Shown here in pieces: positions 19,820-32,679 of a DNA stretch of 64,000 nt. The stretch covers positions 32,001-96,000 of the forward strand of contig JBBRLQ010000007.1 of the NCBI GenBank assembly GCA_038231275.1, in the 5' to 3' direction. The DNA is from Polyangiales bacterium. GTDB taxonomy: Bacteria > Myxococcota_A > Polyangia > Polyangiales > Polyangiaceae. Position numbers and translations under genes: made by a program. Positions within the stretch are counted from its first letter, which is position 1, and each line of letters opens with the position of its first letter. The notes beneath the pieces were generated by a model that was not told where the DNA came from, searched no databases, and saw only the letters and a list, made by a program, of their open reading frames with translations.

Positions 19820-22800
19820 ATGCGCGCGATCCGGGCGGCGGCGATGGTGGCGGGCGTCGTGACGCTCGCGGCGTTGGCGGCGGTCGTGCAAGCGTGCGGA
19901 GCGAGCGAGCCGCGCGGGGCTGCGATCGCGCCGCACGGAGCCTCGGACGCGGGCGCGCCCGTCGCGGAGGCCCCGCCGCCGCGCCCCCAGTACGTCCTCG
20001 GCGACGTCGCGAGCCGCGCGTTCCTGGCGGTTCCGCTCGATCGTGCCGACGTGCTCGGCGTCCTCCACGACGGCCTCCGCGTGGTGACGACGACCGGCGG
20101 AACGCGCAGCGCGCGCGAAGTGACCGATCCCGCGCTGGTCGCGGTCGAGCGCGTTCCTCGGTGGCTCGGCGGTGGCTTCCTCTTTCGAAGCACGACCGCC
20201 CTGTACGCCGCCGACACGTTCGACGGACCGCTGCGTCCCTTGATCACGCTGCCCTCGCCCATCGAGCGCGTGGCGTTCGGACCGAAATTCGCGCTCGTTC
20301 GCGCGTCGAACGGAGAGAGGTGGGCCATCGAGCTGCCTGCCGGCAAGCGGGTGGCGGTGGCGCCGATGGGCCTCGCCGACGTCGCCGCCGTGGACGGACG
20401 CGCGGCGGCGCTCACCGACACCGGCGCCGCGCTCGTGTCGACCGACGGCGGCGCGAGCTGGAGTGACGTCACGTCGCAGCTCCGCGGGCGCGCAGAAAAG
20501 GTCGCCGTCCTCGAGGACGCGGCCTGGATCGTCGAGGTCGGCGGCGCGGCGCTGCGCGTGGACGCCGATCGGTTGAGCGCCTTCGATCGCGCGCCGGCGG
20601 TGAAGCCCGCCGAGTTGCGACCTCGCGATCCGCGATGGCACGCCGAGGAGCCGCCCCTTCGTCGCGCGATCCGCCTCGGCACGCCACTCGACGATCGAAC
20701 GGCGCTCGTGGTGAGCGACGGCGACGCCGTGCGCATCGACGTGACGACGGGAGAAATCGTCGGATCGACGCCAGGCCGGCTTCCTCCCGACGCGACGTGC
20801 GAGGCGCTCCGCGCCGATGGGGACGTGCTCGTCGCGTGCACCCGACCCAACGGGGGAGGCGCATTCGTCGCGTCGCGCGGCGGCGCGGACAAGGCGCTCG
20901 GCATCGAGCAGACGTTCGCGGCGGCCGGGACGTTCTACGCGAGCGACGACGGCGCGCTGGCGTTCGGCGGCCCCTGTACGCGTCCGCGCGCGTCACGAGG
21001 CGTCGTGTGCGTCCGGTCGTCGGGCGGCACGTGGCAGGAGCTCGACGTGGACGGCGCCATCGCCGACGCCGGCACCACTGTCGACGTGGCGCGCTGGGTG
21101 CCGCGCGCCGACGGGAGCGCGGTGGGGTTCGTCGGCGGCGCGCAGCCGGGCCTCATCGACGCCCGCAGCGGCGAGGTGCGTCCGTGGCGCGCCGATGCGA
21201 TCCCGGCGCCGGCCCGCGCTGCGCTGACCGACGGCCGTCGTCCCACGCACGCAGGGCGCGTGATCGATCGGACCTGGAGCACGTCGCCTGCCGGCGGCCT
21301 GCGCGGGTGGACCGAAGCGGGCGCCGCGATTGACGTCTCGCCGGAGGGCGTGGTCGCGGTCTCTCCCTTCTCGTTCGAGCGCGTCGCCACCGCCGGCGCC
21401 TACGCCTTCGCGCGCACGCGGGAAGGGCGCGTCTGGCAGACGACCGATCGCGGCGTCAGCTGGGCGGAGGTCGCGCCACCGCCCACCGCCACGACCGGAC
21501 GCGGCGTGCCCGATCCGCGCGTCTGCTCCGCGGTCGGCTGCGATCTCGGCGCGTGGTACCGCGTCGGCTGGCCAGAGGTGCCCCCGTCCGCCGCGCCGCC
21601 GCCGCTCGTCGCGTCACCCCCCGCGCGACTCACCCGTGATGCGTTGCCGCTGCTGACGTGCCGACGCGCCGGCGATCCGAAGACCACGGTCCTCGCGCGC
21701 ACCGACGATAGCCCTGCCGATCTCGGGCTCGGCGCCGCGACGATCCCGACGAGCAACGACAGCGGCACGCTCGAGATCGTCCGCATCGCCGTCGGACGTC
21801 TCGCGCTCGTGCCTCCTCACGGCGGCACCGACGGGCGCGATCTCGACTACGGCGCGCCGCGGATGGTCGTGCACGGACCCGGCACGGAGGCGGCGGGCGA
21901 GGATCGTTTCATCGCGCTCGCGCCGAACAAGGATCCTCTCGCGGTCCGCCGCTCGATCGCGTTCGTCTTGCCGTTCGATCCAAGGGCGACGGTGCGCGCG
22001 GCGCAGGTGGGCACGTCCGACGCGCTCGCCGCGGCGCGCACTTCGGGCCAGCGCGCGGCCGACGTCCTTCGCGAGGACACGACGGCGCTCGCGACGGTGA
22101 GCCTCGTCACGCCGCTCGATCCCGCGGCACCCGCCGACCTCCTCGCGGTGAGCCCGCTCGGGCTGATGACGGTCCTTCGCGCGGGCGCGTCGCCGCGAGG
22201 TCGTGTGGTCTTGCGCGCCCGCCCACCGGACGACGCGATCCCTCTCTCCGCCGCGCAGCTCGGACCCGACGAGATCGCCGTCCTCGAGGTCGAGCCGTCC
22301 GGCAAGGGCGTGGTCTTCAAGCTCGGACCGAACGGCACGTCGGATCTGTTCGACGTCGCTGCGCCGCCGCGCTCCGGCCTCTATCCGGCCAACGCCGACG
22401 CGGTGGCGGTTGGGCCGAAAGGGGACGTCGCGACGCTGCGCACGCCGAGTGGGGGCGATCCTCCGACGGCGATGGACCCCGCGCTCGTGGTCGCGCCGGG
22501 TGCGCCGCCGCTCGCGCTCGCTCCGTGGTCGACCCTGAAGACCGCGGACGCCCCCGAGTGCAAAGCGGAGGCGGGCGGCTGGCGCGCGACGCTCGCAGTG
22601 CTCCGTCCGTGGGTGAAGCTCGGCGGCGACGCGCACGTGGAGGACGACGCGCCGATGTTCGCGCGCGTCCGTTGGAGCGTGACGCGCGTTTGCCTCGAAG
22701 CGCTCGAGGTCCGCGTCGCCGACAGCGACGTCAAGGTGGCGGTCATCGGCGATCGTCGGGCGCGTCGAGAGCGCACGCCGCAGTCTCCCGCAGCGCCGAT

Positions 22801-22915
22801 CGACGCGCAGATCGAGACGTGGATGATCCTCCGCTTCGCGGGCGTGCCCGAAGGCGCCCGCGTCTCGCTCGTCCCCGGCGCGGAGCTGCGTCAGTCGATG
22901 GCGTGCGCGATGTGA
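19820..22915 (+). CDS. Large lipoprotein with BNR/Asp-box repeats
   Basis: Lipobox VQAC; STDGGASW and TTDRGVSW Asp boxes. Confidence 0.75.
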   Translation: MRAIRAAAMVAGVVTLAALAAVVQACGASEPRGAAIAPHGASDAGAPVAEAPPPRPQYVLGDVASRAFLAVPLDRADVLGVLHDGLRVVTTTGGTRSAREVTDPALVAVERVPRWLGGGFLFRSTTALYAADTFDGPLRPLITLPSPIERVAFGPKFALVRASNGERWAIELPAGKRVAVAPMGLADVAAVDGRAAALTDTGAALVSTDGGASWSDVTSQLRGRAEKVAVLEDAAWIVEVGGAALRVDADRLSAFDRAPAVKPAELRPRDPRWHAEEPPLRRAIRLGTPLDDRTALVVSDGDAVRIDVTTGEIVGSTPGRLPPDATCEALRADGDVLVACTRPNGGGAFVASRGGADKALGIEQTFAAAGTFYASDDGALAFGGPCTRPRASRGVVCVRSSGGTWQELDVDGAIADAGTTVDVARWVPRADGSAVGFVGGAQPGLIDARSGEVRPWRADAIPAPARAALTDGRRPTHAGRVIDRTWSTSPAGGLRGWTEAGAAIDVSPEGVVAVSPFSFERVATAGAYAFARTREGRVWQTTDRGVSWAEVAPPPTATTGRGVPDPRVCSAVGCDLGAWYRVGWPEVPPSAAPPPLVASPPARLTRDALPLLTCRRAGDPKTTVLARTDDSPADLGLGAATIPTSNDSGTLEIVRIAVGRLALVPPHGGTDGRDLDYGAPRMVVHGPGTEAAGEDRFIALAPNKDPLAVRRSIAFVLPFDPRATVRAAQVGTSDALAAARTSGQRAADVLREDTTALATVSLVTPLDPAAPADLLAVSPLGLMTVLRAGASPRGRVVLRARPPDDAIPLSAAQLGPDEIAVLEVEPSGKGVVFKLGPNGTSDLFDVAAPPRSGLYPANADAVAVGPKGDVATLRTPSGGDPPTAMDPALVVAPGAPPLALAPWSTLKTADAPECKAEAGGWRATLAVLRPWVKLGGDAHVEDDAPMFARVRWSVTRVCLEALEVRVADSDVKVAVIGDRRARRERTPQSPAAPIDAQIETWMILRFAGVPEGARVSLVPGAELRQSMACAM

Positions 22916-22934
22916 ACGGCCGCGGCGCGCGCCG

Positions 22935-23462
22935 TCACGAGTTGGCGAAGTTGGCGATCGCGCTGATGATGTCCGTGATCGTGCCGAGGGCCAGCGAGAC
23001 GATCGCGACGATGAGCGAGACCTTGGCCTTGGAGCGCGCGGTCTCGAGATCGCCAGTCTTCTTCGCGTTGCTTGCCTGAACGGCGAAGACGATGCCGACG
23101 ATTCCTCCGACGAACCCGAAGCCGCAGCAGAAGAGCGAGAGGATGCTGAGGACGAGCGGCAGCGTGGTGTTCACGTCGCCGCCCGCGCCGGGCATCATCG
23201 GTCCGCCAGGGGGAGGGAAGCCGCCGCCGGGAGGCCCGAAGCCCGCGGGCTGCGAACCGCCGTACCCGCCGCCGGGCGGACCGTACCCGCCGCCGGGAGG
23301 AGGACCGAACCCGCCACCGCCACCGCCACCGGCACCTCCACCACCGGCACCTCCACCAGGAGGAGGCCCGCCGTAGCCGCCGCCGGGCGGACCGTAGCCG
23401 CCGGCCGCGTTCAGGGTTCCGTTCGCGCGCATCGGGTCGGTCGAGATCATGGCAAACGTCAT
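22935..23462 (-). CDS. CD225/dispanin-like membrane protein with Gly/Pro-rich N-terminus
   Basis: GAGGAG RBS; GYGPPGG repeats; LSLFCCG...GIVFAVQA...GDLETARSKAK. Confidence 0.8.
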   Translation of the reverse strand: MTFAMISTDPMRANGTLNAAGGYGPPGGGYGGPPPGGGAGGGGAGGGGGGGFGPPPGGGYGPPGGGYGGSQPAGFGPPGGGFPPPGGPMMPGAGGDVNTTLPLVLSILSLFCCGFGFVGGIVGIVFAVQASNAKKTGDLETARSKAKVSLIVAIVSLALGTITDIISAIANFANS

Positions 23463-23532
23463 CTCCTCACGCGGCGCGGAGCATTGCACAAACGCCCGCG
23501 CGACCAAATCCGAAAGAGGTACGCTCGACCTC

Positions 23533-25092
23533 GTGAAGATCTGCCCGCGTTGCTCCGAAGGATTCGCCGACGAGGCGTCCTTCTGCCCGACGTGTGGAGA
23601 GGAGCTGAAGAAGAGCACCGACCCGTACCTGGGACGGACGATCGCGGCGCGCTACCGGTTGACCAAGCGTCTCGGCGTCGGCGGCATGTCGAGCGTCTAC
23701 CTCGCGCGGCACGTCATCATCGAGCGCCTCAGCGCGATCAAGATCTTGCGCCAAGAGCTCAGCTTGAACCCGGCGCACCGCGAGCGCTTCCTCCGCGAGG
23801 CGCGCGCCGTCAACCGCATCAACCACGAGAACATCGTCGAGATCACCGACTACGGGGAGAGCGACGGCGTCACCTACCTGGTCATGGAGTACGTGCAAGG
23901 CGAGACGCTCCTCTCGCACCTCGCGCACGGCGCGTTCGCGTGGCCACGCGCTGCCAACGTCGCGCTCCAGATCGCGAGCGCGCTCTCCCGCGCGCACCAG
24001 GCCGGCGTCATCCACCGCGACCTGAAGCCCGAGAACATTCTCCTCGTCGACGGCGTCGGTCAGGAGCGGGTAAAGCTGACCGACTTCGGCATCGCCAAGC
24101 TCGTCGACGCGCCGGCCCTCACCTTCAACGAGCAGCTCTTCGGCACGCCCGGGTACATCGCCCCCGAGTACGTCGAGGTCGGCACCATCTCGCCGCAGAG
24201 CGACATCTACTCGCTCGGCGTCGTCTTCTACGAGGCGCTCACCGGCAAGCTCCCGTTCGACGCGAAGGGGCAGGCCGATCTCCTCTTCCTCCCCCTCACC
24301 AAGGCGCCGATCCCACCGAGCCAACGAGTGAGCGGGATCCCGCCGGAGATCGAGTCGCTCGTGTTGCGCATGCTCGCGCGCGTGCCGAAGGATCGGCCGC
24401 GCGACGCGTTCGCGGTGTGCGACGCCCTGGTCGAGGCGCTCCGTCACGCAGGGGCCGGGACCTCGTCGCCGCCGCTCCAAGGGTCGTCGCGCGACGAGTC
24501 GCCGACGCTCCTCGACAAGGACCGGGCAGATCTCGCCGCCCCCGACGCGCCGCCCGGTCAGGGCGTCACGCGTGAGATGTCCTCGCGGTGGCATGCGGCG
24601 CTCGTCGATCTCAACGCGTCGATCGATCGCGCGCGCAAGAAGGGTCAGGTCGAGAACGCCGATCGCGCGGCCGAGCTCGTGGAGCGCGCCTCCGAGATCG
24701 TGGTGCGGCTCGAGCGCACGTCTCGGGTGTCAGGGGATCTGCAAGCGAAGGTGGACCTGCTCGAGTCGCAGGCGCGCGAGTTCCGGGCGACCCTGGGGCG
24801 TGCCATCGACGTCCTCGTCCACGATCGCTCTCGCGAGCTCGCGCACCTCGACGCGCTCCGTGACGCGCAGATCCGCGACGAAGAGGAGCGTGCACGCGCC
24901 GTGGCCACGGACATCGAGTTTCAGATCAAGGCGCTGAGCCAGCAGCTGGAAAAGAGGAACGAGGAGCACGATCGTTCGCTCGTCGAAGCGGCGGGCGCGC
25001 TCGAGGGATCCCTCAGCGCGCTTCGTGTGCTGCAAAAAGAGCTGATGCGGGTCGTCGACGACGCGGCGGCGGCCGTGGCCAAAGCCAGGTAG
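23533..25092 (+). CDS. Ser/Thr protein kinase (zinc ribbon - kinase - coiled coil)
   Basis: CPRC...CPTCG; GVGGMS, AIK, HRDLKPEN, DFG, GTPGYIAPE. Confidence 0.93.
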   Translation: MKICPRCSEGFADEASFCPTCGEELKKSTDPYLGRTIAARYRLTKRLGVGGMSSVYLARHVIIERLSAIKILRQELSLNPAHRERFLREARAVNRINHENIVEITDYGESDGVTYLVMEYVQGETLLSHLAHGAFAWPRAANVALQIASALSRAHQAGVIHRDLKPENILLVDGVGQERVKLTDFGIAKLVDAPALTFNEQLFGTPGYIAPEYVEVGTISPQSDIYSLGVVFYEALTGKLPFDAKGQADLLFLPLTKAPIPPSQRVSGIPPEIESLVLRMLARVPKDRPRDAFAVCDALVEALRHAGAGTSSPPLQGSSRDESPTLLDKDRADLAAPDAPPGQGVTREMSSRWHAALVDLNASIDRARKKGQVENADRAAELVERASEIVVRLERTSRVSGDLQAKVDLLESQAREFRATLGRAIDVLVHDRSRELAHLDALRDAQIRDEEERARAVATDIEFQIKALSQQLEKRNEEHDRSLVEAAGALEGSLSALRVLQKELMRVVDDAAAAVAKAR

Positions 25093-25113
25093 GGCGAGGT
25101 AGAAGGGGAAGCC

Positions 25114-26490
25114 ATGTCGAGCAGTCCGGGACGAGGGGAGACCGAGGTCAACGCGAAGATCGCCTTGTCCGAGGGGAGCGGCGTACCGCGCATCACGGCG
25201 GTGTCGGGGCCCGGCGCGGGCCGTTCGCTGGCGATGGCGCGCGCGCTGGCGACGGCGGGGCGACACGCCACCAACGATTTGGTCCTCACCGATCCGCGCG
25301 TCTCCGGCGTTCACCTCGAGCTCTCTCGCGTCGGTGCGCGCATCCACGTGCGCGACGCCGGCAGCACGAACGGGACGTGGCTCGGCGCGCATCGCGTCAC
25401 CGAGATCGAGCTGACGGCGGGCGGCGAGCTCACCGTGGGCGACACGGTCCTGCGCGTCGACACCGACGGCGGCGCCAGGCCGGCGGCGCGCAGCGAGAGC
25501 GAGTCGTTCGGAGACCTCGTCGGCGAGTCGCATGCGATGCGCGAGCTCTTCGCGACGCTCGAGCGCATCGCCCCCAAGAACCTGGCCGTCCTCATCCAGG
25601 GAGAGACGGGCACCGGGAAAGAGGAGGTCGCGCGCGCCATCCACGCGAGGTCCACGCGCGCCGCGTCGCCGTTCATCGTGATCGACGCGACGAGCTTGCC
25701 CGAGACGCTGGCGGAGTCGCTCCTGTTCGGCCACGAGCAGGGGGCATTCACCGGTGCGACCGAGCGGCGCATCGGCTACTTCGAAGCGGCGACCGGCGGA
25801 ACGGTCTTCATCGACGAGATCGGCGAGCTCCCTGCGGCGCTCCAGTCGAAGTTCCTGCGCGTCCTCGAGCGTCACGAGGTCACGCGCGTCGGCGGGCACG
25901 CGCCCATCAAGCTGGACGTGCGCGTGCTCGCGGCGACGCACCGCGACCTCCGTCACGACATCGACGCCGGACGCTTCCGCGAGGATCTCTTCTTCCGCCT
26001 CGCGCAGACCCGCGTTCAACTGCCTCCGCTTCGCAACCGCCTCGAGGACATTCCGGTGCTGTGCCGGAAGCTGCTCGGCGCCATCGCCGGCGAACGCAAC
26101 TTGCTCATCGAAGCCACCGCGCTCGCGCACCTCCAGACGCAGCCGTGGCCGGGGAACGTACGCGAGCTGAGCAACGTGCTCGTGCGCGCCGCCGCCCTCG
26201 CCAACGACGACGTCGTGAAGCGCGCTGACGTGGCCAGCGAGGGAGACGGCTTCCGCGGCACGCGCGCGGAGCGGAGCGTCCTCGACTTGTCCGGTGAGTT
26301 CGCGCCCGCGAAGGACAAGGCCATCGAGCGCTTCGAGTCGGTGTACTTGTCGGCGCTCATGCGTCGCTGCGCCGGCAACCTGTCCCAGGCGGCGCGCGAG
26401 GCCAACCTGGCGCGGCACCACCTCCGCGACCTCCTCAAGAAGAGGGGGCTCTACGGCGTGTCGTGGGACGCGAAGGACGAGGAGCCCTGA
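25114..26490 (+). CDS. FHA-domain sigma54 enhancer-binding protein
   Basis: GR...VSGVH...GSTNGT (FHA); GETGTGKE, GAFTGA, FREDLFFRL, WPGNVREL, HTH. Confidence 0.95.
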   Translation: MSSSPGRGETEVNAKIALSEGSGVPRITAVSGPGAGRSLAMARALATAGRHATNDLVLTDPRVSGVHLELSRVGARIHVRDAGSTNGTWLGAHRVTEIELTAGGELTVGDTVLRVDTDGGARPAARSESESFGDLVGESHAMRELFATLERIAPKNLAVLIQGETGTGKEEVARAIHARSTRAASPFIVIDATSLPETLAESLLFGHEQGAFTGATERRIGYFEAATGGTVFIDEIGELPAALQSKFLRVLERHEVTRVGGHAPIKLDVRVLAATHRDLRHDIDAGRFREDLFFRLAQTRVQLPPLRNRLEDIPVLCRKLLGAIAGERNLLIEATALAHLQTQPWPGNVRELSNVLVRAAALANDDVVKRADVASEGDGFRGTRAERSVLDLSGEFAPAKDKAIERFESVYLSALMRRCAGNLSQAAREANLARHHLRDLLKKRGLYGVSWDAKDEEP

Positions 26491-26576
26491 CGCCGACGCC
26501 GATGTGCTGCAATTCTGGGCATTTGGCGGCCTCCGGATCCGCCGCGCGGGTTCAGGCGTAGACTTCTTCGACGCCC

Positions 26577-27380
26577 ATGATCGCCCTCGCATCTAGCCTG
26601 AGCGGACGTGCCGTGGCGATCGCCGCGTCGGCGGTCGCGCACGTGGCGCTCTTCGCGGCCGCGGGGCTCGGCTCCGGTCACGCGTCGGCGTCCGCGCCGG
26701 GCGAGGCGATGCTCACGATCGACGTCGAGGTCGCTCCGGAGGTGCCTGCGCCCCCGCAAGAAGAGGAGAAGACGCCGGAGCCGGTTGCTCGAAACGTCGA
26801 GGCGCTGCACGTGCCGACGCACACCCACGCGTATCAAGTCGCGCCGGATCACGACGACCGTCCCCACGATCCGTCGGCGCCGCACGAGCACGCGCACGAG
26901 GAGCACGCCGACGAGCCCGCGCAGGCCCCCGCGGTCGTGGCCGCGCCGGCGAGCGCGCCCGCGCGGTTCGCAATGACGTTCGGCGGCGCGTCGGCCAGCG
27001 CAGGCGGGCACGTCTCCGCGACGGGGACCGCGACGTCGCCCGCGTCGGATGGAGTGGGCGGCGGGCACGACCACGACCACGACGACGCGTCCGCGATCGT
27101 GCCCGAGTCGGGCGTGTCGCGGCGGGCTCGGCTCGTGGAGCGCGCGCCTCTCGCCTATCCGTTCGGCGCGGAGGATCTGGAGGCCGACGTCGCCCTCGAG
27201 CTCGTCGTCGACGCCGCCGGTCGCGTCGAGAGCGCGCGTGTCACCCGTCGCGCGGAGCACGGGTTCGACGAGGCCGCGCTCGCCGCCGTCCGTAAGTACC
27301 GCTTCACGCCCGCCGAGCGGACGGGGACGCGTGTGCGCGTGCGGATGGCGTGGGTCGTGCAGTTTCGCCTCGCGCGGTGA
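26577..27380 (+). CDS. TonB family protein, His-rich
   Basis: N-terminal ASAVAH TM; C-terminal YP...VVDAAGRV...GFDEAALAAV...FTPA TonB_C domain. Confidence 0.85.
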   Translation: MIALASSLSGRAVAIAASAVAHVALFAAAGLGSGHASASAPGEAMLTIDVEVAPEVPAPPQEEEKTPEPVARNVEALHVPTHTHAYQVAPDHDDRPHDPSAPHEHAHEEHADEPAQAPAVVAAPASAPARFAMTFGGASASAGGHVSATGTATSPASDGVGGGHDHDHDDASAIVPESGVSRRARLVERAPLAYPFGAEDLEADVALELVVDAAGRVESARVTRRAEHGFDEAALAAVRKYRFTPAERTGTRVRVRMAWVVQFRLAR

Positions 27381-27969
27381 AGACGCCGCGGATTCGAGCG
27401 CGCGCCGGATCGCTCGGTGCCGCGCCCGGGTCCGTATCGCGCAGGTGACGCAGGTTCACGAGGTTGATCGCGACGTGCGCGAGCACCGGGCCCGCGAGGC
27501 TCCCCGTCAGTGCGAAGATCCCGGCGAGGAAGAGCCCCGTGACGCACGCCCACGCCGCCCATCCCCAGCGGGCCGGTCCGCGCACCTGATGGAGCAGCCC
27601 GAAGGCGACGCTCGAGAGCACGATCCCGACGACCGGCACGAGGAGGCCTCGGAACACGAGCTCCTCGGCGATGCCGCTCGCGAGCGCCATCACGACGATG
27701 TCGCGACCCGACGTGTGCCGCACCGTCGGTCGCAGCGCGGCGTGCAGCGCGCGGGCCCACGGCTGCGTCCGAAGGAGCAGGCGCGTCGTCGCGATGGTCA
27801 GCCCGGCGAACAGGCCTCCCATGACGAGGCTCGTCCCGAGCGCGAGGCCGCCGCTGAGGCCGAGCGCCGACGTCGTGGTCAGGGGATCGCGCCCGAGGAA
27901 CGCAGCGACGCTCGCCGCGCCGAGCGCGAGCGCCGCGTACGTGAAGGTTCGAAGGACGGGCTCGACCAC
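27304..27969 (-). CDS. CPBP family intramembrane metalloprotease
   Basis: EELVFRG, FGLLH, GSLAGPVLAHVAIN; start approximate. Confidence 0.88.
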   Translation of the reverse strand: MVEPVLRTFTYAALALGAASVAAFLGRDPLTTTSALGLSGGLALGTSLVMGGLFAGLTIATTRLLLRTQPWARALHAALRPTVRHTSGRDIVVMALASGIAEELVFRGLLVPVVGIVLSSVAFGLLHQVRGPARWGWAAWACVTGLFLAGIFALTGSLAGPVLAHVAINLVNLRHLRDTDPGAAPSDPARARIRGVFTARGETARPTPSARAHASPSARRA

Positions 27970-28113
27970 GACGGGAGGGGACGCTAAGCCACCGCAACCG
28001 CGCGCGCAATCCTCGCGAGGTCTGGATTTTCCTGCCCCACCTGTGCGGGGACGAGCAACCGTTTCCATTCACGGGACGCATGCTCTAGAGTCGAGGACTC
28101 CTCCTGGGAGACG

Positions 28114-29604
28114 ATGACGACACCCCACGACGAACGCCCGCGCGTCCTGATCGTCGACGACGAGAAGTTCATCCGCGACATCCTGGCCGACTTCCTCGGT
28201 ATGGAGGGCTACCACGTCCGAACCGCCGAGGACGGCGCGGCGGCCCTGAACGAGCTCGACCACGCCCATTACGACCTCATCATCAGCGACCTGAAAATGC
28301 CGCGGATGGGGGGCATCGAGCTGCTCGAGGCCATCGCCACGCACGCGCCGCACGCGCTCACCGTCATCATGACCGGCTTCGGCACGGTCGAGACCGCGAT
28401 CGACGCGATGAAGCGCGGCGCCTACGACTACATCCTGAAGCCGTTCAAGGTGGAGGAGGTCATCCACGTCGTCCAGCGCGGGCTCGAGAAGCAGCGCTTG
28501 TCGGCGGAGAACCTTCGCCTCAAAGAAGCGCTCAGCCTCTACAAAGTCAGCGAGGCGATCACCGCGAGCCTCTCGCTCGACGAGGTCCTCGCGACGGTCG
28601 GTGACACGGCGCTCCACGAGATCCACGGCGATCTCGTCTCGACGTGGCTCGACGACGGCGAAGGCGGCTACTTCGAGCGCCAGCGCCTCACCCAACCGAA
28701 GCCGGTCGCCACGAGCGCGGAGCTCGGGCGCCTGGATCCGGCGGCATTCGTCGCGCATTTCGCCGGCGACTCGATGCTCCTCGAGCACGGCGCGCGGGGG
28801 ATGAAGTTCTTCAAGGAGCCGCCGGGAGTTCCCGTGTCGTCGCTCCTCGCGGTACCGCTGCGCATGAAGCAGCGCGTCCTCGGCTTCATCGCGGTGGCGA
28901 GCTTCTCCAAGAGCAAGCGCTTCGACGAGGGGCAGCGCAAGCTCCTCTCGATCGTCGGCTCGCGCGCGGCGGCGGCGATCGAGAACGCGCGCCTCTACGA
29001 GGATCTCCGCGCGACGTTCCAGCAGACCATCCAAGGCCTCGCCAAGGCCATCGACAAGATGGATCGCTACACGGCCGGCCACTCGGATCGCGTCGCCACG
29101 TACGCGATGCACCTCGCCGTTCGCCTCGGCCTCCCGCCCGACATGATCGAGATCGTGCGCCAGAGCGCGCTCATGCACGACATCGGCAAAATCGGCTGCG
29201 TGATGAACCTCAACAAGCCCGGCAAGCTCACGCAAGACGAGTACGAGGTGTTCAAGAAGCACCCTGGCTACGGCAGAGACATCCTCGATCCCATCAAGTT
29301 CCTCCACCCGCTCATCCCTGGCGTGCACCTGCACCACGAGCGGTGGGACGGGCGCGGGTATCCGCTGGGCCTCAAGGGCAACGACGTGCCGCTCATCGCG
29401 CGCATCATCGCGGTGGCCGACACGTACGACGCCATGACCAGCGATCGCGCCTACCGCCGCGCGCTCCCGCACGAGGTCGCCGTCAACGAGATCGAGCGCT
29501 GCGCCGGCTCGCAGTTCGACCCCGAGGTGAGCGACACGTTCGTCTCCGGGCTCGAGCGGTACCGCGAAGAAGAGGCCGCGAAGGGCCACCGGGTACCGGA
29601 GTAG
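28114..29604 (+). CDS. REC-GAF-HD-GYP c-di-GMP phosphodiesterase
   Basis: [47 protein letters not shown]. Confidence 0.93.
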   Translation: MTTPHDERPRVLIVDDEKFIRDILADFLGMEGYHVRTAEDGAAALNELDHAHYDLIISDLKMPRMGGIELLEAIATHAPHALTVIMTGFGTVETAIDAMKRGAYDYILKPFKVEEVIHVVQRGLEKQRLSAENLRLKEALSLYKVSEAITASLSLDEVLATVGDTALHEIHGDLVSTWLDDGEGGYFERQRLTQPKPVATSAELGRLDPAAFVAHFAGDSMLLEHGARGMKFFKEPPGVPVSSLLAVPLRMKQRVLGFIAVASFSKSKRFDEGQRKLLSIVGSRAAAAIENARLYEDLRATFQQTIQGLAKAIDKMDRYTAGHSDRVATYAMHLAVRLGLPPDMIEIVRQSALMHDIGKIGCVMNLNKPGKLTQDEYEVFKKHPGYGRDILDPIKFLHPLIPGVHLHHERWDGRGYPLGLKGNDVPLIARIIAVADTYDAMTSDRAYRRALPHEVAVNEIERCAGSQFDPEVSDTFVSGLERYREEEAAKGHRVPE

Positions 29605-31855
<2,251 letters not shown>

Positions 31856-31886
31856 TTTTTGGCTTGTTTCTCCGCGTGCTAGCGTA

Positions 31887-32654
31887 ATGTCGTTGAATCC
31901 CGGACGCGTCCTCATCATCGAAGACGACCCGTGGACCGCGAGCGTGCTCGCGAAGTTCCTACGGGAGCGCGGCCACGAGGTGTTCCTTTGCGGGGACGCC
32001 CGGAGCGGCTTCGACAAGGCGTGCGAGTGGATGCCGGACTGCATCGTGTGCAACGTATCGCTGCCGGACATCGACGGGTTCTGGGTCGCGCGGCGCGTGC
32101 GCACCGAGACGAGCGCGGTTGCGACCACGCCGTTCCTGTTCGTGACCAGCGACGCCGAGCGCGACTCGCGCATCCAGGCGCTGCACGTCGGCGCCGACGC
32201 GTACATGACGCGCCCCTTCACGAACGACGAGGCGGTGGCGCAGGTCGAGGCGCTGATCGAAATGGCGCGGCGCCTCCGTGTGCGGCGCGACTCCTTCGTG
32301 AGCGAGGCGCCGACGAATGGGCGCGGCGCGGCGTTCCGCGGAGACATCGCGCAGATGGCGCTGTCGACGGTGCTCATGGTGCTCGGCATGGAGCGTCGCA
32401 GCGGGCGCCTGAAGATCACCTCGGAGTCGCAGACCGCCGAGCTCCTCATCGCGGCGGATAGCTTCGCCGCCGGCGAGATGAACGGCGAGCAGATGCCGCC
32501 GCTCGAAGTCTTGCGGGTCGCCCTGAAATGGAAGAAGGGGGCGTTCTACTTTCGCCCGACCAGCGACACTGCGCCCGACATGCGAGGGTCGATCAGCGCG
32601 CTGCTCCTCGAGGCGATGCAGCTCGAGGACGAGGCCGCAGCCGCCAAGCGGTGA
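31887..32654 (+). CDS. Pseudo-receiver + DUF4388 domain protein
   Basis: VLIIEDD...CIVCNVSLPDIDG...YMTRPF; FRGDIAQMALSTVL...RRSGRL...WKKGAFYF. Confidence 0.85.
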   Translation: MSLNPGRVLIIEDDPWTASVLAKFLRERGHEVFLCGDARSGFDKACEWMPDCIVCNVSLPDIDGFWVARRVRTETSAVATTPFLFVTSDAERDSRIQALHVGADAYMTRPFTNDEAVAQVEALIEMARRLRVRRDSFVSEAPTNGRGAAFRGDIAQMALSTVLMVLGMERRSGRLKITSESQTAELLIAADSFAAGEMNGEQMPPLEVLRVALKWKKGAFYFRPTSDTAPDMRGSISALLLEAMQLEDEAAAAKR

Positions 32655-32679
32655 CCTCGCCAGAAACCGTGGCGTGCGC

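Noticed and set aside
26515-26530. GG-N10-GC upstream of tonB
   Set aside because: Poor flanking match to the sigma54 consensus; expected by chance at this GC content
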